This document shows positions 10,877 to 21,868 of a stretch of DNA of 64,000 nucleotides, piece by piece; the stretch's first letter is position 1; each line of letters begins with the position of its first letter. Below the pieces are notes generated by a model. It worked only from the letters and a program-made list of their open reading frames with translations, ran no database searches and was not told where the DNA came from. The position numbers were made by a program, and so were the translations under genes. This stretch comes from Spirochaetia bacterium (lineage in GTDB: Bacteria > Spirochaetota > Spirochaetia > SP-2023): contig OZ253665.1 of NCBI GenBank assembly GCA_965263295.1, forward strand, positions 1,376,001-1,440,000, written 5' to 3'.

Positions 10877-11758
10877 TTACCAGTTATCAGCCGGATCATC
10901 TGGATCCTTGGCATATACACCAAAGAGATCCGTGGTGGCACGTAAATCATCAAAGTAAACATAGAAAGCACCAAAGGAATCCTTCAAGCTTGTCTCAATT
11001 TTGAACGATTCAATCAACAGGCCGGTTCCCATGTTGCTATAGTGGTAGTCACGTTGTTTCAAATACGGAGGAATCGTAGCCGTCAACTTTTTCCAACCCA
11101 GGAAGTTCAACTTGCCCATGAACAACTCTTCACGATTCCCAAAGCGATCGCGAACAACGATCTTGAGGGTGTGATCAGTATTGCGGCCAGCAACCCACAA
11201 TGAAATAGTCTTTACTGTGCCCTCAACGGGCACTGGGCGCATAGGCAAAATATAAGCTTCACCAATGGCACGACGCCTGAAGTCAATCCGTACACCTAAA
11301 ATATGATTGTCTTGCTTTGTAGATTTATCATTGCCCTGACCTTCAACGCCCTGACCTTCAATTTGGGGCAATTCTGGCTTAGACTGCGGCCCAGCGGAGA
11401 TGCGGGATCGAGCCTGGATTAACCCATTGTCACGGGAGAAGTAACCGTTCCAAAACCCTTCATCTTCAAAGCTGCGTAAAGCTATTTCCTTAATATTTTC
11501 TTGTGCCTGTGTCTGATCCAACGAAGCCAAGTCCGTATCCGAGCCACCGGCGTCCTGCCTCTCTTGGTCTGAATCATTAGCTTCTAGCGCAGTCTCCCCG
11601 TCAGCCGGCTGCTCAGCAGTGTCTTGTGTGTCATTAGCCTCTAGCGCAGTCTCCCCTTCAACCGGTTCGCCATTCTCTTGTGCAAACAGACTAGAAGCCG
11701 CAAAAGCCATCAGGATTAGACTCAACAAGCTAAACAATGTCAAGCGATATTTGTTCAT
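10877..11758 (-). CDS. flaA: Flagellar filament outer layer (sheath) protein FlaA, second copy
   Basis: Signal peptide; ILGVRIDF, P.RP.P.EG..KTISLWVAGRN, G.LNFLGWKKL, YVYFDDLRA.TD. Confidence 0.9.
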   Translation of the reverse strand: MNKYRLTLFSLLSLILMAFAASSLFAQENGEPVEGETALEANDTQDTAEQPADGETALEANDSDQERQDAGGSDTDLASLDQTQAQENIKEIALRSFEDEGFWNGYFSRDNGLIQARSRISAGPQSKPELPQIEGQGVEGQGNDKSTKQDNHILGVRIDFRRRAIGEAYILPMRPVPVEGTVKTISLWVAGRNTDHTLKIVVRDRFGNREELFMGKLNFLGWKKLTATIPPYLKQRDYHYSNMGTGLLIESFKIETSLKDSFGAFYVYFDDLRATTDLFGVYAKDPDDPADNW

Positions 11759-11786
11759 CTCTTTTCTATTCTCCTTTTCCTAAAGT

Positions 11787-12839
11787 TTACTGACCTTCCG
11801 TAGCGGCGGCATTATCGTCACCAGCGGCGGCATTATCGTCACCAGCGGCGGCATTATCGTCGCCAGCGGCGGCATTATCGTCGCCAGCGGCGGCATTATC
11901 GTCGCCAACGGCAACATTATCGTCGCCAACGGCAGCATTATCATTGCCAGAAGCAGTATTATCACCACCAATGACATCAGTACCCCACACTTCTTTAATA
12001 CGATTAGGCTGGGACAAATCTTTACCATCGTAGTAGTTGGAGTAAGTATCAAGCGTTACCTGTAGCTGGTCGAAATAAATGTAGAAATCATCTACGCGCT
12101 CATAAGGGTTGGTACGAATAACAAACTTAACGAGCATCAAGCGATAATCCTGAAAATTGTAGCGACTCGACTGCGGGATATTTACCGGCACATTCGCTGC
12201 CATTTTACGCCAGCCATTAAACATCAAGCTACCGTTGCGGTATCTGTTTGAATCAATGCCAGAAACAACGCGCATCGGCAGAACATGTGTTACACCTTTA
12301 AAGTCACGAACATGAGTCTCAATCGTGTAGTCATAGTTTGCACCCCACACCCAAACATTGATATTTTTAATTCGACCAGGTTGATTGTCGTGAGTAAGGG
12401 CCAGGGCTTGAGGTTTCCAATTATCATCTGCACCAATATTAGAACCAGTATAAACGGCAAAATAGTTATACCCTTGACGATCAAATTTGGCGCGAACACC
12501 AAATGTCTGTTTTTTATCGGCATCATCAGGCCGGACACCAAACAGGTCAATTGGCCAACTATTGACGTAGCGCGAAGTGGGGAACCCTTCTGCAGCGTAG
12601 CGGCTAGCCAGAGAATTATCTACGCGCCAAACGACGTCTTTACCTGAGATATCAATAACCTCTGTAGAACCATCTTCTTTTAAAATTCTGGCTGTCTGTC
12701 CTTTTGGAAAAGTACTTGAACCAGTACCATCAAAAGTTTCAACCACAACATTTTCATATAGCGGATCTTCCGCCCACAGTAAAATTCCGTTTATTAGGAA
12801 AAATGCAGTTGCAAACAGAATATACACGGCTTGCTTCAT
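11787..12839 (-). CDS. flaA: Flagellar filament outer layer protein FlaA with acidic C-terminal repeat tail
   Basis: Signal peptide; GVRAKFDRQGYN, PGRIKNINVWVWGANY, GSL.FNGWR, ERVDDFYIYFDQL. Confidence 0.9.
   Translation of the reverse strand: MKQAVYILFATAFFLINGILLWAEDPLYENVVVETFDGTGSSTFPKGQTARILKEDGSTEVIDISGKDVVWRVDNSLASRYAAEGFPTSRYVNSWPIDLFGVRPDDADKKQTFGVRAKFDRQGYNYFAVYTGSNIGADDNWKPQALALTHDNQPGRIKNINVWVWGANYDYTIETHVRDFKGVTHVLPMRVVSGIDSNRYRNGSLMFNGWRKMAANVPVNIPQSSRYNFQDYRLMLVKFVIRTNPYERVDDFYIYFDQLQVTLDTYSNYYDGKDLSQPNRIKEVWGTDVIGGDNTASGNDNAAVGDDNVAVGDDNAAAGDDNAAAGDDNAAAGDDNAAAGDDNAAATEGQ
11802..11969 (-). repeat. Eight tandem 21-bp units encoding GDDNAAA-type heptads (five near-identical, three degenerate)
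   Basis: Plus-strand unit AGCGGCGGCATTATCGTC(A/G)CC at 11802, 11823, 11844, 11865 and 11886; variants at 11907, 11928 and 11949. Confidence 0.95.
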
Positions 12840-12894
12840 ATAAACTCCTTCTCAAGTTTGCCTAACAATTCTGACAAAAGTGTCGTTGGCTAAG

Positions 12895-12922
12895 ATATCG
12901 TAACAAAATCAGAAAAACTTTA
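12895..12922 (-). promoter_or_regulatory. Possible sigma-28-like promoter of the flaA pair
   Basis: Minus strand reads TAAA-N16-TACGATAT; the spacer is one base longer than consensus. Confidence 0.4.
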
Positions 12923-12964
12923 CTAAGTATTCATGTGAAAGTAGAATATTTTTCATATCTTCTT

Positions 12965-15900
12965 CTATTTTGGGATCAAATTATTTACAGGAAACAGGTC
13001 CTGAATGGCCAAAGCACGGACTGTATTTTCATGGTACCAGCATATAGCCCTGACCAGAGCTTGTGCCCCATTTAGCGTCGTTGAGTATGGAATATCATGG
13101 GCGACGGCAATCTGACGAATTTTCCGATGTTCACTACTTTGTCCTTCATCTGTAGACGCCTGATTCAAGATCAAAGCCACTTTATCGTCAATAATCATGT
13201 CCAGGACATTGGGTCGCTGAGAATGAGCCGCGGGAACGATGCGAAACGGAATATCCCAATCTCTAAAACTGTCTTCAATCGCCTTGGTCGCCCGCAAACC
13301 GATTGCAAACTCAAGCTCGCACAATGAAAAGGCCAGCTTTTGCCACAGCTCTAACTGCCCGCTGTCCTGCAGTACAAAGAGAACTAAGCTACCCTTTACC
13401 TTTGGCAAACGCTGATCGCCAGCCAAATACGCCTTGCTAAAAGCCTCCGCAAAACCAGTGCTAATGCCCATCACCTCGCCAGTTGACTTCATTTCCGGAC
13501 CGAGTAAAGTCGTCGACTCTGGAAACCGGCGGAACGGTAAGACAACTTCTTTGATAGCGTAGTGCGGAACGCTAGACGAGACTGCGGCCGATTGAGGCAG
13601 CAGTTCATCTAAAGTCTTGCCCACCATCACCTGAGCACCGACTTGCGCAACGGCTAGACCGGTAGCTTTGGCCACAAAAGGCGTCGTCCGGCTGGCCCGC
13701 GGGTTGACTTCCAATAGGTAAATTTGGCCGTTACTCAACGCAAATTGCATATTAATCAGGCCTTCGACCTTGAGCTCCAAAGCCAATTTGACAACAATAC
13801 CCCGCAGCCGCTCCAACACTTCTTCTCCTATCGAAAAGGGCGGCAAGGAACAGGCCGAATCGCCAGAATGAATGCCCGCTTCTTCAATGTGCTCCATAAT
13901 GCCGGCAATATGGACCCGGCGGCCATCGCAGATCGCATCGACATCCAGTTCCGTGGCCATTTCCAGATATGAGTCAATCAGCACAGGCCCGACGCTGTAA
14001 TCAATCTGCGCCGTATTTAAATAGTCTAGCAACTCGTCTTCAGAGTGCAAAATGCGCATTTTGCTTCCACCTAGAACAAAGCTAGGACGAACCAAAACAG
14101 GGTAGCCGAGCTTGCGCGCGACGCCACAAGCGGATTGGTTGCCACTGGCGGTACCGTGTGGGGCTTGCAGAATGCCCAGGCGACTCAGCAACTTGCTAAA
14201 CTCTTCGCGATCTTCAGTCAGATCAATTGTCTGCGGCGAGGGCCCCAATAACGGCACGCCGGCCGCTTTCAGGCTCTTGGCCAACTTGAGCGGCGTCTGC
14301 CCGCCATATTGGACAATCACCCCCTTCAGTTTGCCGTTACTCTGCTCGCGAGCTACGACATCCAGTACATATTCGAGCTCCACCGGCTCAAAATACAGCC
14401 GGTCGGCAACGTTGTAGTCAGTGGAAACTGTCTCAGGGTTACAATTGACAATAATGACTTCATAGCCCAAACGCTGCAGGCCAAAAATACCTTGCACACA
14501 AACATAATCAAATTCAATGCCTTGACCGATGCGATTGGGGCCACTACCTAAAATGATAATCTTTTCGCGTTCGCTAGGCCGCGCCTCACAATACGGCAAC
14601 TCGGCCGCCGGGCTGCCAGGCAAAACTTGAAAACGCCGTTCCCAAGTGCTGTAAAAATAGGGCGTACGACTCGCGAATTCAGCGGCACAAGTATCAATAC
14701 ATTTGTAAACCCGCTCCAAACCCAACTTAGAATATTGTGCGCGCAGCTCATTGAGTTCCAGACCGCGCAACTGTGCAATACGTTTTTGACTGAAACCGTG
14801 CTGCGCACCACGCATCAATAAATCGGCACTCAGAATCCCGCTCTGCAGTTCGCGCTCCATCGTTGCAAACTGGGCAAACTGCTCTAAAAACCAAAAGTCA
14901 AAATGCGTAACAGCTTGAATTTGCGCTAAACTGACGCCTTGGCGAATGGCCTGAACAATGTTCAACAGGCGCTCTGGCACAGCCTCTGCCAGAATATTCA
15001 GTATCTCCTCCTCCGACTTGCCCGCCAATTCTTTCTGTTCGCTCAGGGTCGTGTGCTCCTCCTCCAATGACTGATATGCCTTCTGCAAGCTTTCCAGAAA
15101 GTTGCGCCCGATCGCCATGACTTCCCCCACCGCTCTCATTGAAGAACCGAGAATGCGGGAACTTTCGGGAAACTTTTCAAAATTGAAACGGGGTATCTTG
15201 GTCACGACATAGTCGAGAGTTGGCTCAAAAGAAATCGGCGTCAGCCCCCCGGTACAAAAGTTAGGAATCTGCTCCAATGTGTAGCCGACAGCCAACAGGG
15301 CCGCGACCTTGGCAATCGGGAAGCCCGTCGCCTTGCTCGCCAGGGCCGAAGAGCGCGACACACGAGGGTTCATTTCGATGACCATCAAATCGCCGTTTGC
15401 AGGATTTAAGGCGAACTGCACATTTGAGCCCCCCGTCTCCACACCTACAGCGCGCAGGATCGCAAAAGCGGCGTCGCGCATCTGCTGATACTCGCGGTCC
15501 GTCAGAGTTAGCGCCGGCGCGACCGTAATGCTATCTCCCGTGTGGACACCCATTGGGTCGACGTTCTCAATTGAACAGACAATGATGCAATTGTCGTTTT
15601 TGTCGCGCACCACCTCCAACTCGTACTCTTTCCAGCCCAGCAAGGATTCATCAATCTGCACCTGATGGACGGGAGAAGTAGCCAGGCCATTGCGGACAAT
15701 CTGCTCAAACTCCTCATGGTTATATGCCACGCCACCACCGCTCCCGCCCAGCGTAAAAGAAGGGCGAATAATCGCCGGCAAGCCCACAAGCTCCAAGGCT
15801 GCATAAGCTTCATTCATACTGCCAACCACATTATTTTTAGGCGTATGCAAACCAATTTTATGAATCAGCGCGTCAAAAAGCTGCCGATCTTCCGCCTTGC

Positions 15901-16327
15901 GGATGGCCTCAATGGTAATGCCTATCAGTTGACAATGGTGCCTTTGCAAAATCCCCAGGCGGTCGAGCTCAATGGCGCAGTTCAACGCAGTCTGGCCGCC
16001 TAAAGTCGGCAACACCACCTCTATTTTCTCTTTTATGATAATCTGCTCAATGACTTCGGGCCGGATCGGCTCAATATAAGTGCGATGTGCCAAGTCTGGA
16101 TCCGTCATAATCGTCGCCGGATTAGAATTAATCAATACCACGCGAAAACCGACCTCTTTCAACGCTCGGCAAGCCTGCGTACCTGAATAGTCAAACTCGC
16201 AGGCTTGACCGATGACGATCGGCCCAGCTCCAATCACCAGAATGTTGCGGAAATCGACCGGCGGAGCGGGCAAGTCAGCCAACGAAGCCACGCCATCCAG
16301 CAGAGCCTCCTCAGTTACTGAAGACAT
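12965..16327 (-). CDS. carB: Carbamoyl-phosphate synthase large subunit
   Basis: [78 protein letters not shown]. Confidence 0.98.
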   Translation of the reverse strand: MSSVTEEALLDGVASLADLPAPPVDFRNILVIGAGPIVIGQACEFDYSGTQACRALKEVGFRVVLINSNPATIMTDPDLAHRTYIEPIRPEVIEQIIIKEKIEVVLPTLGGQTALNCAIELDRLGILQRHHCQLIGITIEAIRKAEDRQLFDALIHKIGLHTPKNNVVGSMNEAYAALELVGLPAIIRPSFTLGGSGGGVAYNHEEFEQIVRNGLATSPVHQVQIDESLLGWKEYELEVVRDKNDNCIIVCSIENVDPMGVHTGDSITVAPALTLTDREYQQMRDAAFAILRAVGVETGGSNVQFALNPANGDLMVIEMNPRVSRSSALASKATGFPIAKVAALLAVGYTLEQIPNFCTGGLTPISFEPTLDYVVTKIPRFNFEKFPESSRILGSSMRAVGEVMAIGRNFLESLQKAYQSLEEEHTTLSEQKELAGKSEEEILNILAEAVPERLLNIVQAIRQGVSLAQIQAVTHFDFWFLEQFAQFATMERELQSGILSADLLMRGAQHGFSQKRIAQLRGLELNELRAQYSKLGLERVYKCIDTCAAEFASRTPYFYSTWERRFQVLPGSPAAELPYCEARPSEREKIIILGSGPNRIGQGIEFDYVCVQGIFGLQRLGYEVIIVNCNPETVSTDYNVADRLYFEPVELEYVLDVVAREQSNGKLKGVIVQYGGQTPLKLAKSLKAAGVPLLGPSPQTIDLTEDREEFSKLLSRLGILQAPHGTASGNQSACGVARKLGYPVLVRPSFVLGGSKMRILHSEDELLDYLNTAQIDYSVGPVLIDSYLEMATELDVDAICDGRRVHIAGIMEHIEEAGIHSGDSACSLPPFSIGEEVLERLRGIVVKLALELKVEGLINMQFALSNGQIYLLEVNPRASRTTPFVAKATGLAVAQVGAQVMVGKTLDELLPQSAAVSSSVPHYAIKEVVLPFRRFPESTTLLGPEMKSTGEVMGISTGFAEAFSKAYLAGDQRLPKVKGSLVLFVLQDSGQLELWQKLAFSLCELEFAIGLRATKAIEDSFRDWDIPFRIVPAAHSQRPNVLDMIIDDKVALILNQASTDEGQSSEHRKIRQIAVAHDIPYSTTLNGAQALVRAICWYHENTVRALAIQDLFPVNNLIPK

Positions 16328-17582
16328 TTGGACATTTCTCCATTAAATCGACAAATTCGCGAAACAAGTATAAGCTGTCGTGTGGACCCGGCGACGCGTC
16401 TGGGTGATATTGCACCGAAAAGGCCGGTTGCTCTAAACTGCGTATACCTTCAATGCTTAAATCAAACAAGGAGCGATGACTCACCTCCAAACTTGGTGGC
16501 AAATCATCTTCGGTCACACAGAAACCGTGGTTCTGCGATGTAATTTCGACCGTGTTTGAATTCAAGTTTAGTACCGGATGATTGACACCGCGGTGCCCAT
16601 GGTGCATATAAGTTATTTTTGCTCCAAGGCTTAGAGCCAAAAATTGATGCCCCAGGCAAATGCCAAAAATCGGCAACTTGGCGGCGAAAGACTGCTGCAA
16701 AACTGGAGCAATTTTAGGATAGACGGGCTGTGGATCGCCCGGACCGTTTGACAGGAATAAACCATCGGGGCGCAAGGCAGCGATATCCTGCCAACAACTT
16801 TGCAGTGGAAGTACTGTGACTTTGGCCACAAATCGCTGCAATGATTGCAAGATATTTTCCTTAATCCCAAAGTCCAGCACGGCGACATGCAGTTTGCGAC
16901 TGACGCTCTGACCATTGCGCACTGTGCCCGCATGAGATTCTATCGGCAACCAGCGGCGCATAACTTCACGCCCATAGACAAGTGGCTGCTCGCAACTGAC
17001 CTTTGAGGCCAGATCTTGCCCGCTCATATCCGGGCTTGCTCGTAGGTGGCCAAGCAACAACTCCAGGACCTGCTTTGGCACACAGCCGGAGGAATCCAAT
17101 AACTCTGGCCCCAGACGGCCCAACAACGCCCGCTGCGAGCCGCGTTCGCGCAAATGAGAGATTAAGGCCCTTGTATCCAGACCGCAAATCCCGCCAATGC
17201 GCTGCTGTTCCAGCCAGTCCAACAACGCCATTTCACTGCGCCAGTTAGAAGGTGAAGTAGGATACTCGCGGCAGATTAAGCCCAAGGCGTGGGCCTGCAG
17301 GCGCTCGTGATCTTCGCGATTGCATCCGGCATTGCCGATATGGGGAAAGCTAAAACAAATCATTTGGCCGGCATATGAAGGATCGCTGAGAACCTCCTGA
17401 TAACCACTCATGCCCGTATTAAAGCACAGCTCGCCACAAAGGCGAGAACTATCCGTTATTGAGAGCTGACCCGCACGAATACTAATCTGATTGGAAAATC
17501 CCAAGCTGCGGCCGGCAAAATAATGGCCGTCTTCAAGCAATAACAGTGCGGGCGGCGAGGCCGGGCCGGGCTGATATACCAT
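16311..17582 (-). CDS. carA: Carbamoyl-phosphate synthase small subunit
   Basis: [60 protein letters not shown]. Confidence 0.97.
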   Translation of the reverse strand: MVYQPGPASPPALLLLEDGHYFAGRSLGFSNQISIRAGQLSITDSSRLCGELCFNTGMSGYQEVLSDPSYAGQMICFSFPHIGNAGCNREDHERLQAHALGLICREYPTSPSNWRSEMALLDWLEQQRIGGICGLDTRALISHLRERGSQRALLGRLGPELLDSSGCVPKQVLELLLGHLRASPDMSGQDLASKVSCEQPLVYGREVMRRWLPIESHAGTVRNGQSVSRKLHVAVLDFGIKENILQSLQRFVAKVTVLPLQSCWQDIAALRPDGLFLSNGPGDPQPVYPKIAPVLQQSFAAKLPIFGICLGHQFLALSLGAKITYMHHGHRGVNHPVLNLNSNTVEITSQNHGFCVTEDDLPPSLEVSHRSLFDLSIEGIRSLEQPAFSVQYHPDASPGPHDSLYLFREFVDLMEKCPNVFSN

Positions 17583-17604
17583 ATATTTCCCCTAAATCGG
17601 CGGC

Positions 17605-17633
17605 ATTATAGTGAAAGATTAGGCCATTCGCAA
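17605..17633 (-). promoter_or_regulatory. Sigma-70-type promoter of carAB
   Basis: Minus strand reads TTGCGA-N17-TATAAT, followed by an AGGGG RBS and the ATG. Confidence 0.7.
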
Positions 17634-17861
17634 CAAGGATAATATACAGCTCAGCCTACAGCTGGATATTGTACAGCAACCAGTAAATCAATCCCAGCGA
17701 TACCAAAGCCCCACAGACAAGAATGACATACGTGGCACCTAAAAAACCGTGTCGAAATTTTTCCATAAACCTCTTGTGCGAAATCTCAGGAGCTTTGCGT
17801 TTGCCCATAACTGTCGTTTCCTTATCCAATTAACACTTGCAAACATTACAGCTGTGAGAAA

Positions 17862-18917
17862 TCAGCGGATCCTTACATTGTAATTATTCATGTTGTGGCT
17901 ACCGTCAATGTGCTCTTCATCCACTAAGATATCAATTGAGCTATTGACCTTGTCCTGCAAATTGATGGTACCCAGAAAGAACTTGCCTGCGAGCTCATCA
18001 GCAATATAAATGTCTTGCAAATCGCGATCATTGATAATCAATTTAGAATTGACGCCGTAAATTTGGTCAAACAACTCACTGTACAATTTTTTACCGTCGA
18101 TACTCACATCCAGCTGCAAAGGGGGCCCTTGATTTTGCGGAAAAAGAAAACTTAAATTGTAGAGTCCTCTAGACAGTTGGTCTGATTTGCGCAAAGGTCG
18201 TCGGACCTGTGACGGAGGCTCACTTTGGCTTTGCGCCGAAGGGAGCTTATTTGTAGAATTAGCGTTGACTGTGATGGATTCCAGGTAGGGGCGACTGCTC
18301 TGATCACCTGCGGCTGAACTGGGCATGATCAGCTTTGGGTTAATCACAGTCTGGAACTGAGTATCAAAGACCTCCATGTATAGTTGGGCTTTTGTATTCT
18401 GGACAGGCGATCTTCCCGCCGCCATCTTCGCACCGGCCTCACCCTCAGATGTCGGGGCGAACCGGAACAGTAAGTCATTGTTTTGCAGCTGATAACGATC
18501 CTGCAATCCCACTTGAAGATTGTCACTGGAATAACGAAATAATAATTTTTCATGCTCAACCACTATCGTATGGGAAATGTTTCGCGGAATTGCCCCGAGC
18601 ATCTTCATATCCGAACTAGTCTCAAAATAGATGATTTCTCCAGTGTGGTAGGGCCGCACAACTTCCGCCTGTTCCGGCTCGCCGCCTTCAACCTCAAACC
18701 AAACGCCCAAATTGGGCAGCGGGTTCTCCTCAATTAGCCGGTCGGCGGGCCGCCCAGCTAAAAAACCTTGAATAATTTGTCGGGCAGGCAAAGGCCACTG
18801 ATAAGCGAGCAAAGGCAATGAACAGAATGCCAGCAGTGCCGGCAAAAAAACAGAGCATGCAATCAGCAATCTGAGAAAAGAACGGGAAGGAGCATTATTC
18901 GCTGGGTAGTTTGCCAT
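17862..18917 (-). CDS. Exported protein with a degenerate M23/LytM-like N-terminal domain
   Basis: Signal peptide, then YQWPL, VRPYHTGEIIY, TIVVEH and INPKL pattern; metal ligands are not conserved. Confidence 0.55.
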   Translation of the reverse strand: MANYPANNAPSRSFLRLLIACSVFLPALLAFCSLPLLAYQWPLPARQIIQGFLAGRPADRLIEENPLPNLGVWFEVEGGEPEQAEVVRPYHTGEIIYFETSSDMKMLGAIPRNISHTIVVEHEKLLFRYSSDNLQVGLQDRYQLQNNDLLFRFAPTSEGEAGAKMAAGRSPVQNTKAQLYMEVFDTQFQTVINPKLIMPSSAAGDQSSRPYLESITVNANSTNKLPSAQSQSEPPSQVRRPLRKSDQLSRGLYNLSFLFPQNQGPPLQLDVSIDGKKLYSELFDQIYGVNSKLIINDRDLQDIYIADELAGKFFLGTINLQDKVNSSIDILVDEEHIDGSHNMNNYNVRIR

Positions 18918-20110
18918 TATAAATATTCCGTTCGGTAAGCCGCAATTAAATTGTCCTGCCCCAGATACATTGTATCACCTTGGACCTGCAGAGAATAATT
19001 GCGTCCGCGCAACTTCAGGCGCAGCAACTCGCCTTTAGTGCCATGAATGGCGATTAGACTGCCGCCCTCACCAACGCTAAAGACAAAAAACTGAATGTCA
19101 GCCCCCCCCTGTTCAGCAAATTGATGCAAGTGCCCCACCTGACGGTAGAGGCGGTTCTCATCGTAGCGAAAGTCGTATACCGAGATTCCTTCCGAGTTAT
19201 TGTAAAACACATAAGAATCATATTTTGAAAATCTCAACCACTGAGAATGGCGCAGCTGATTTGGCAACTCTTGCGCATACTGAAACAAATAAGTGCCTTG
19301 TTGTTTATTTAAAAATACAAATCGCTGTCGATCTAGGCCCGCGATCAAGGCTATGTTTTGCGAATCTTGTGAAAGCGCTACGCCATACACACTGTTGACA
19401 CGGCTGCCCGAGCTGACGTATTGATTTTTCATGTGGCCCTGTCGGTCCAGCAGGATGACATGTCCATTGACGTAAGAAAGCAAAGTATCGCCCTGGCCAT
19501 TGTTATCTAACGAACTGATATACGGCAACAAGTCGCTGCGCCATTCTAGTTTGCCCCTTTTATTATAGCGATACAAGCTGTGGCTCTCGTTGCTAAACTG
19601 ATAGATAGCGTTGTTTACAATAAAGGCATTCCGTGAGCCGGGGAAACGCCCTAGCTCTTTGTGCGCAATATCGCGAATGACAATAACGTCAGGTTCACTA
19701 TAGAGGTCCAAATAGAAGTCGTTGCCAATAATCTGGTGGCTTAAAGGCAACGGCTCAGGCAGCACATCATAGCTGAGTAGGTTCAAGTCTCGATCGTGAA
19801 AGCCGTAATAAGACCCCAAACGGAAAGGTACCGTCAAGCCGGAATTATCTTCCAAACCAGCCTTGGCAGCCTTGGCGTTAAGTTTACCGATAGCCTCAGG
19901 GTAACTTGAAGCCACCTGGTACTTTGATAAAGACAAAACTTTCTGTGGCTGCAAGCTGATCTCCAGATCACCACGACGGGGCAAAAGAAGTTCCAGCAAC
20001 AATACAGCGGACAGAGACAAGACAAACAGGAGTCGATTCATAAGCTTTTCCACACTATTGATTTTCGGGCTCAAAGTCCAGCATAAGCCCGCAACAGTAC
20101 GTTTTCCCAA
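18917..20110 (-). CDS. Membrane-anchored beta-propeller-like (WD40/PQQ-like) protein; start probably ATG 20041
   Basis: N-terminal hydrophobic segment; repeated beta-strand blades such as GKLEWR, VILLDRQG, VYGVALSQD, IALIAGLD.QRF. Confidence 0.6.
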   Translation of the reverse strand: MGKRTVAGLCWTLSPKINSVEKLMNRLLFVLSLSAVLLLELLLPRRGDLEISLQPQKVLSLSKYQVASSYPEAIGKLNAKAAKAGLEDNSGLTVPFRLGSYYGFHDRDLNLLSYDVLPEPLPLSHQIIGNDFYLDLYSEPDVIVIRDIAHKELGRFPGSRNAFIVNNAIYQFSNESHSLYRYNKRGKLEWRSDLLPYISSLDNNGQGDTLLSYVNGHVILLDRQGHMKNQYVSSGSRVNSVYGVALSQDSQNIALIAGLDRQRFVFLNKQQGTYLFQYAQELPNQLRHSQWLRFSKYDSYVFYNNSEGISVYDFRYDENRLYRQVGHLHQFAEQGGADIQFFVFSVGEGGSLIAIHGTKGELLRLKLRGRNYSLQVQGDTMYLGQDNLIAAYRTEYL

Positions 20111-20123
20111 TTTTCAACTTTTG

Positions 20124-20921
20124 TCAGTTCGACCGTGGACCCGCCCGCTGTTCTTCAGCATCACTCTTGCGCAGATAGAACGGCCCATCGGCAGCCTTCA
20201 TAAAGCTGCCAGAGCGCAACTCACATTGCGCCAGATTCAGCATCGCGGCCGCTAAATCAGCTGCATCCGGCGGGGGGCAGGGAGAGAGGTTTTGCCAATC
20301 TGTCAAAATCTCTCTATCTGCTATTTCGGCAAGCAGAGCCAGAGCGGCCAGTTCTTCAAGGAACATGATAGCGCCAGGGCCACTAAGCGCCAATTCCGCA
20401 AACAATTGTTTACCAAACTGTTTGCGAAATTGCAAACAAAGCTCGTAACTCCCCAAATCCCACTGGGCAGCGACCTGCCCTCTAAGGTACAAACAGGCGT
20501 AAAAGCGGCGTTTGCGTCCGTCAATTAGAACCAATAACGGGAATGCCGCAGCCTTCTGGCCCGAACGGCAAGCTTGTTTTTGCAGGAAACTCTCGCGCCA
20601 TAGTCTAAAGGTATTCCAGCCCAACAGAGGCTTGGCAAGGGCAAAACTCAGCCCCTTGGCAAAGGCCAGAGATATCCGTTGCCCAGTAAACGAGCCGGGC
20701 CCCAGATCGACAGCCAGAGCATCCAAGTCACCTAAATTGAGGTTTGCTTCGCCTAAAACTTCTCTACAGAGATGAGCAATTTGTTCATTGTGTTGAACCC
20801 CTTGCCGCTGAGTGCGATAACAAATCTGCCTTGGCCGATTTTGCCGATTCTCCACGGCTATGACCACGAGTTCATTGGCGGCACTGATACTCAGAATCCT
20901 CGCCTTGCCACTTTCTGTCAC
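20124..20921 (-). CDS. tsaB: tRNA t6A biosynthesis protein TsaB
   Basis: DLDALAVDLGPGSFTGQRI..AKGL, LIDGRKRRFY, P.YLRKSDAE. Confidence 0.92.
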   Translation of the reverse strand: MTESGKARILSISAANELVVIAVENRQNRPRQICYRTQRQGVQHNEQIAHLCREVLGEANLNLGDLDALAVDLGPGSFTGQRISLAFAKGLSFALAKPLLGWNTFRLWRESFLQKQACRSGQKAAAFPLLVLIDGRKRRFYACLYLRGQVAAQWDLGSYELCLQFRKQFGKQLFAELALSGPGAIMFLEELAALALLAEIADREILTDWQNLSPCPPPDAADLAAAMLNLAQCELRSGSFMKAADGPFYLRKSDAEEQRAGPRSN

Positions 20922-20941
20922 ATCACATTCCTAAAACTTTA

Positions 20942-21433
20942 TTACACTTTTTGTATATGTAGCAAGCGCAGATTCTGAGCGCCCCCTTCGTCCAGATCAT
21001 TAAAAACCTCCAGCTCAACTTGCCAACAGGGCAGTGCCCGCAGCAATCGGCCCCATTCAAAGCGTTCTGGCCATTCGACTACAGACAAACCAGGCCCGTA
21101 AGAGCCATCCCCACAGAGGATATCTTCGCCACCAATCAGTTCAAATTCCTCACTGTCACCGAGGCGATACAAGTCAAAATGATAGAGGGGGACAGGGCCT
21201 GGATACTCCAGCAAAATGGGAAACGTTGGGCTTTGTAGCGGCTCCGATATTCCCAGACCGCGGGCCAAACCCTGGCTAAATACCGTCTTACCTGAACCAA
21301 GGGGCCCTTTTAAAAGAATTACAGAAGGAAAATTAATCCTTTGGCACAGGAACTGTGCCAGAAGAGAACCGAACTCTTCCGTCGCTTCTGGGTCCGCACA
21401 GCGATGCCGCCGCTCAACGAGGAAGTTGATCAC
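20942..21433 (-). CDS. tsaE: tRNA t6A biosynthesis ATPase TsaE
   Basis: GPLGSGKT, SPTF, HFDLYRL, VVEWPE. Confidence 0.95.
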   Translation of the reverse strand: MINFLVERRHRCADPEATEEFGSLLAQFLCQRINFPSVILLKGPLGSGKTVFSQGLARGLGISEPLQSPTFPILLEYPGPVPLYHFDLYRLGDSEEFELIGGEDILCGDGSYGPGLSVVEWPERFEWGRLLRALPCWQVELEVFNDLDEGGAQNLRLLHIQKV

Positions 21434-21698
21434 CTTCGGCCAAGCCCTGTAAAATCTCCAAGACAGCGAGCTGCTCTCGCTCCGTCAATTGACTGGCGGC
21501 TTCCCCTGCTCCCCTTGCTCCCTGTGGCTCAAAATCCAGAGAGACCTTCCTCTCTCCCAAAGGGCTAAGCTCTACGACAAAAAACAGATCTTGCCAAGGC
21601 TGGGTGCGCATCAACTCAGAGTCCACCTCGCAACGATACTTCAAGCGATATAAAATCTGGCTCTCCGGTTCAGTCCGTCTAATGTTTCTAACCCGCAT
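21414..21698 (-). CDS. Small hypothetical protein (start probably ATG 21698)
   Basis: AGGGA RBS before ATG 21698; overlaps the tsaE start; FVVELSPLGERKV motif. Confidence 0.55.
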   Translation of the reverse strand: MRVRNIRRTEPESQILYRLKYRCEVDSELMRTQPWQDLFFVVELSPLGERKVSLDFEPQGARGAGEAASQLTEREQLAVLEILQGLAEGDQLPR

Positions 21699-21868
21699 AT
21701 GCGTCCCTAATTTACGCCGAGCAAAAATTTGCCAGGTCCTAAAACCAAGCTTTCTCAACCATGTCAATTTTACATAAACTAACGAAAAAACCTTTCTAGG
21801 ACAATCACTGCGTAAAATTGGCCGGCGAGACCAGTGAGACAAGGAAAGTGAGATAGCCACGGAAAATC

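Noticed and set aside
11802..11969. 21-bp repeat array as a CRISPR array
   Set aside because: No spacers, in frame within flaA, and no cas genes.
11780..12052. 90-aa ORF with LATIMPP repeats
   Set aside because: Alternative-frame shadow of the flaA tandem repeat.
17645..17678. Three TACAGC repeats upstream of carA
   Set aside because: Short and irregularly spaced, with no match to an ARG box or PyrR element that I can support.
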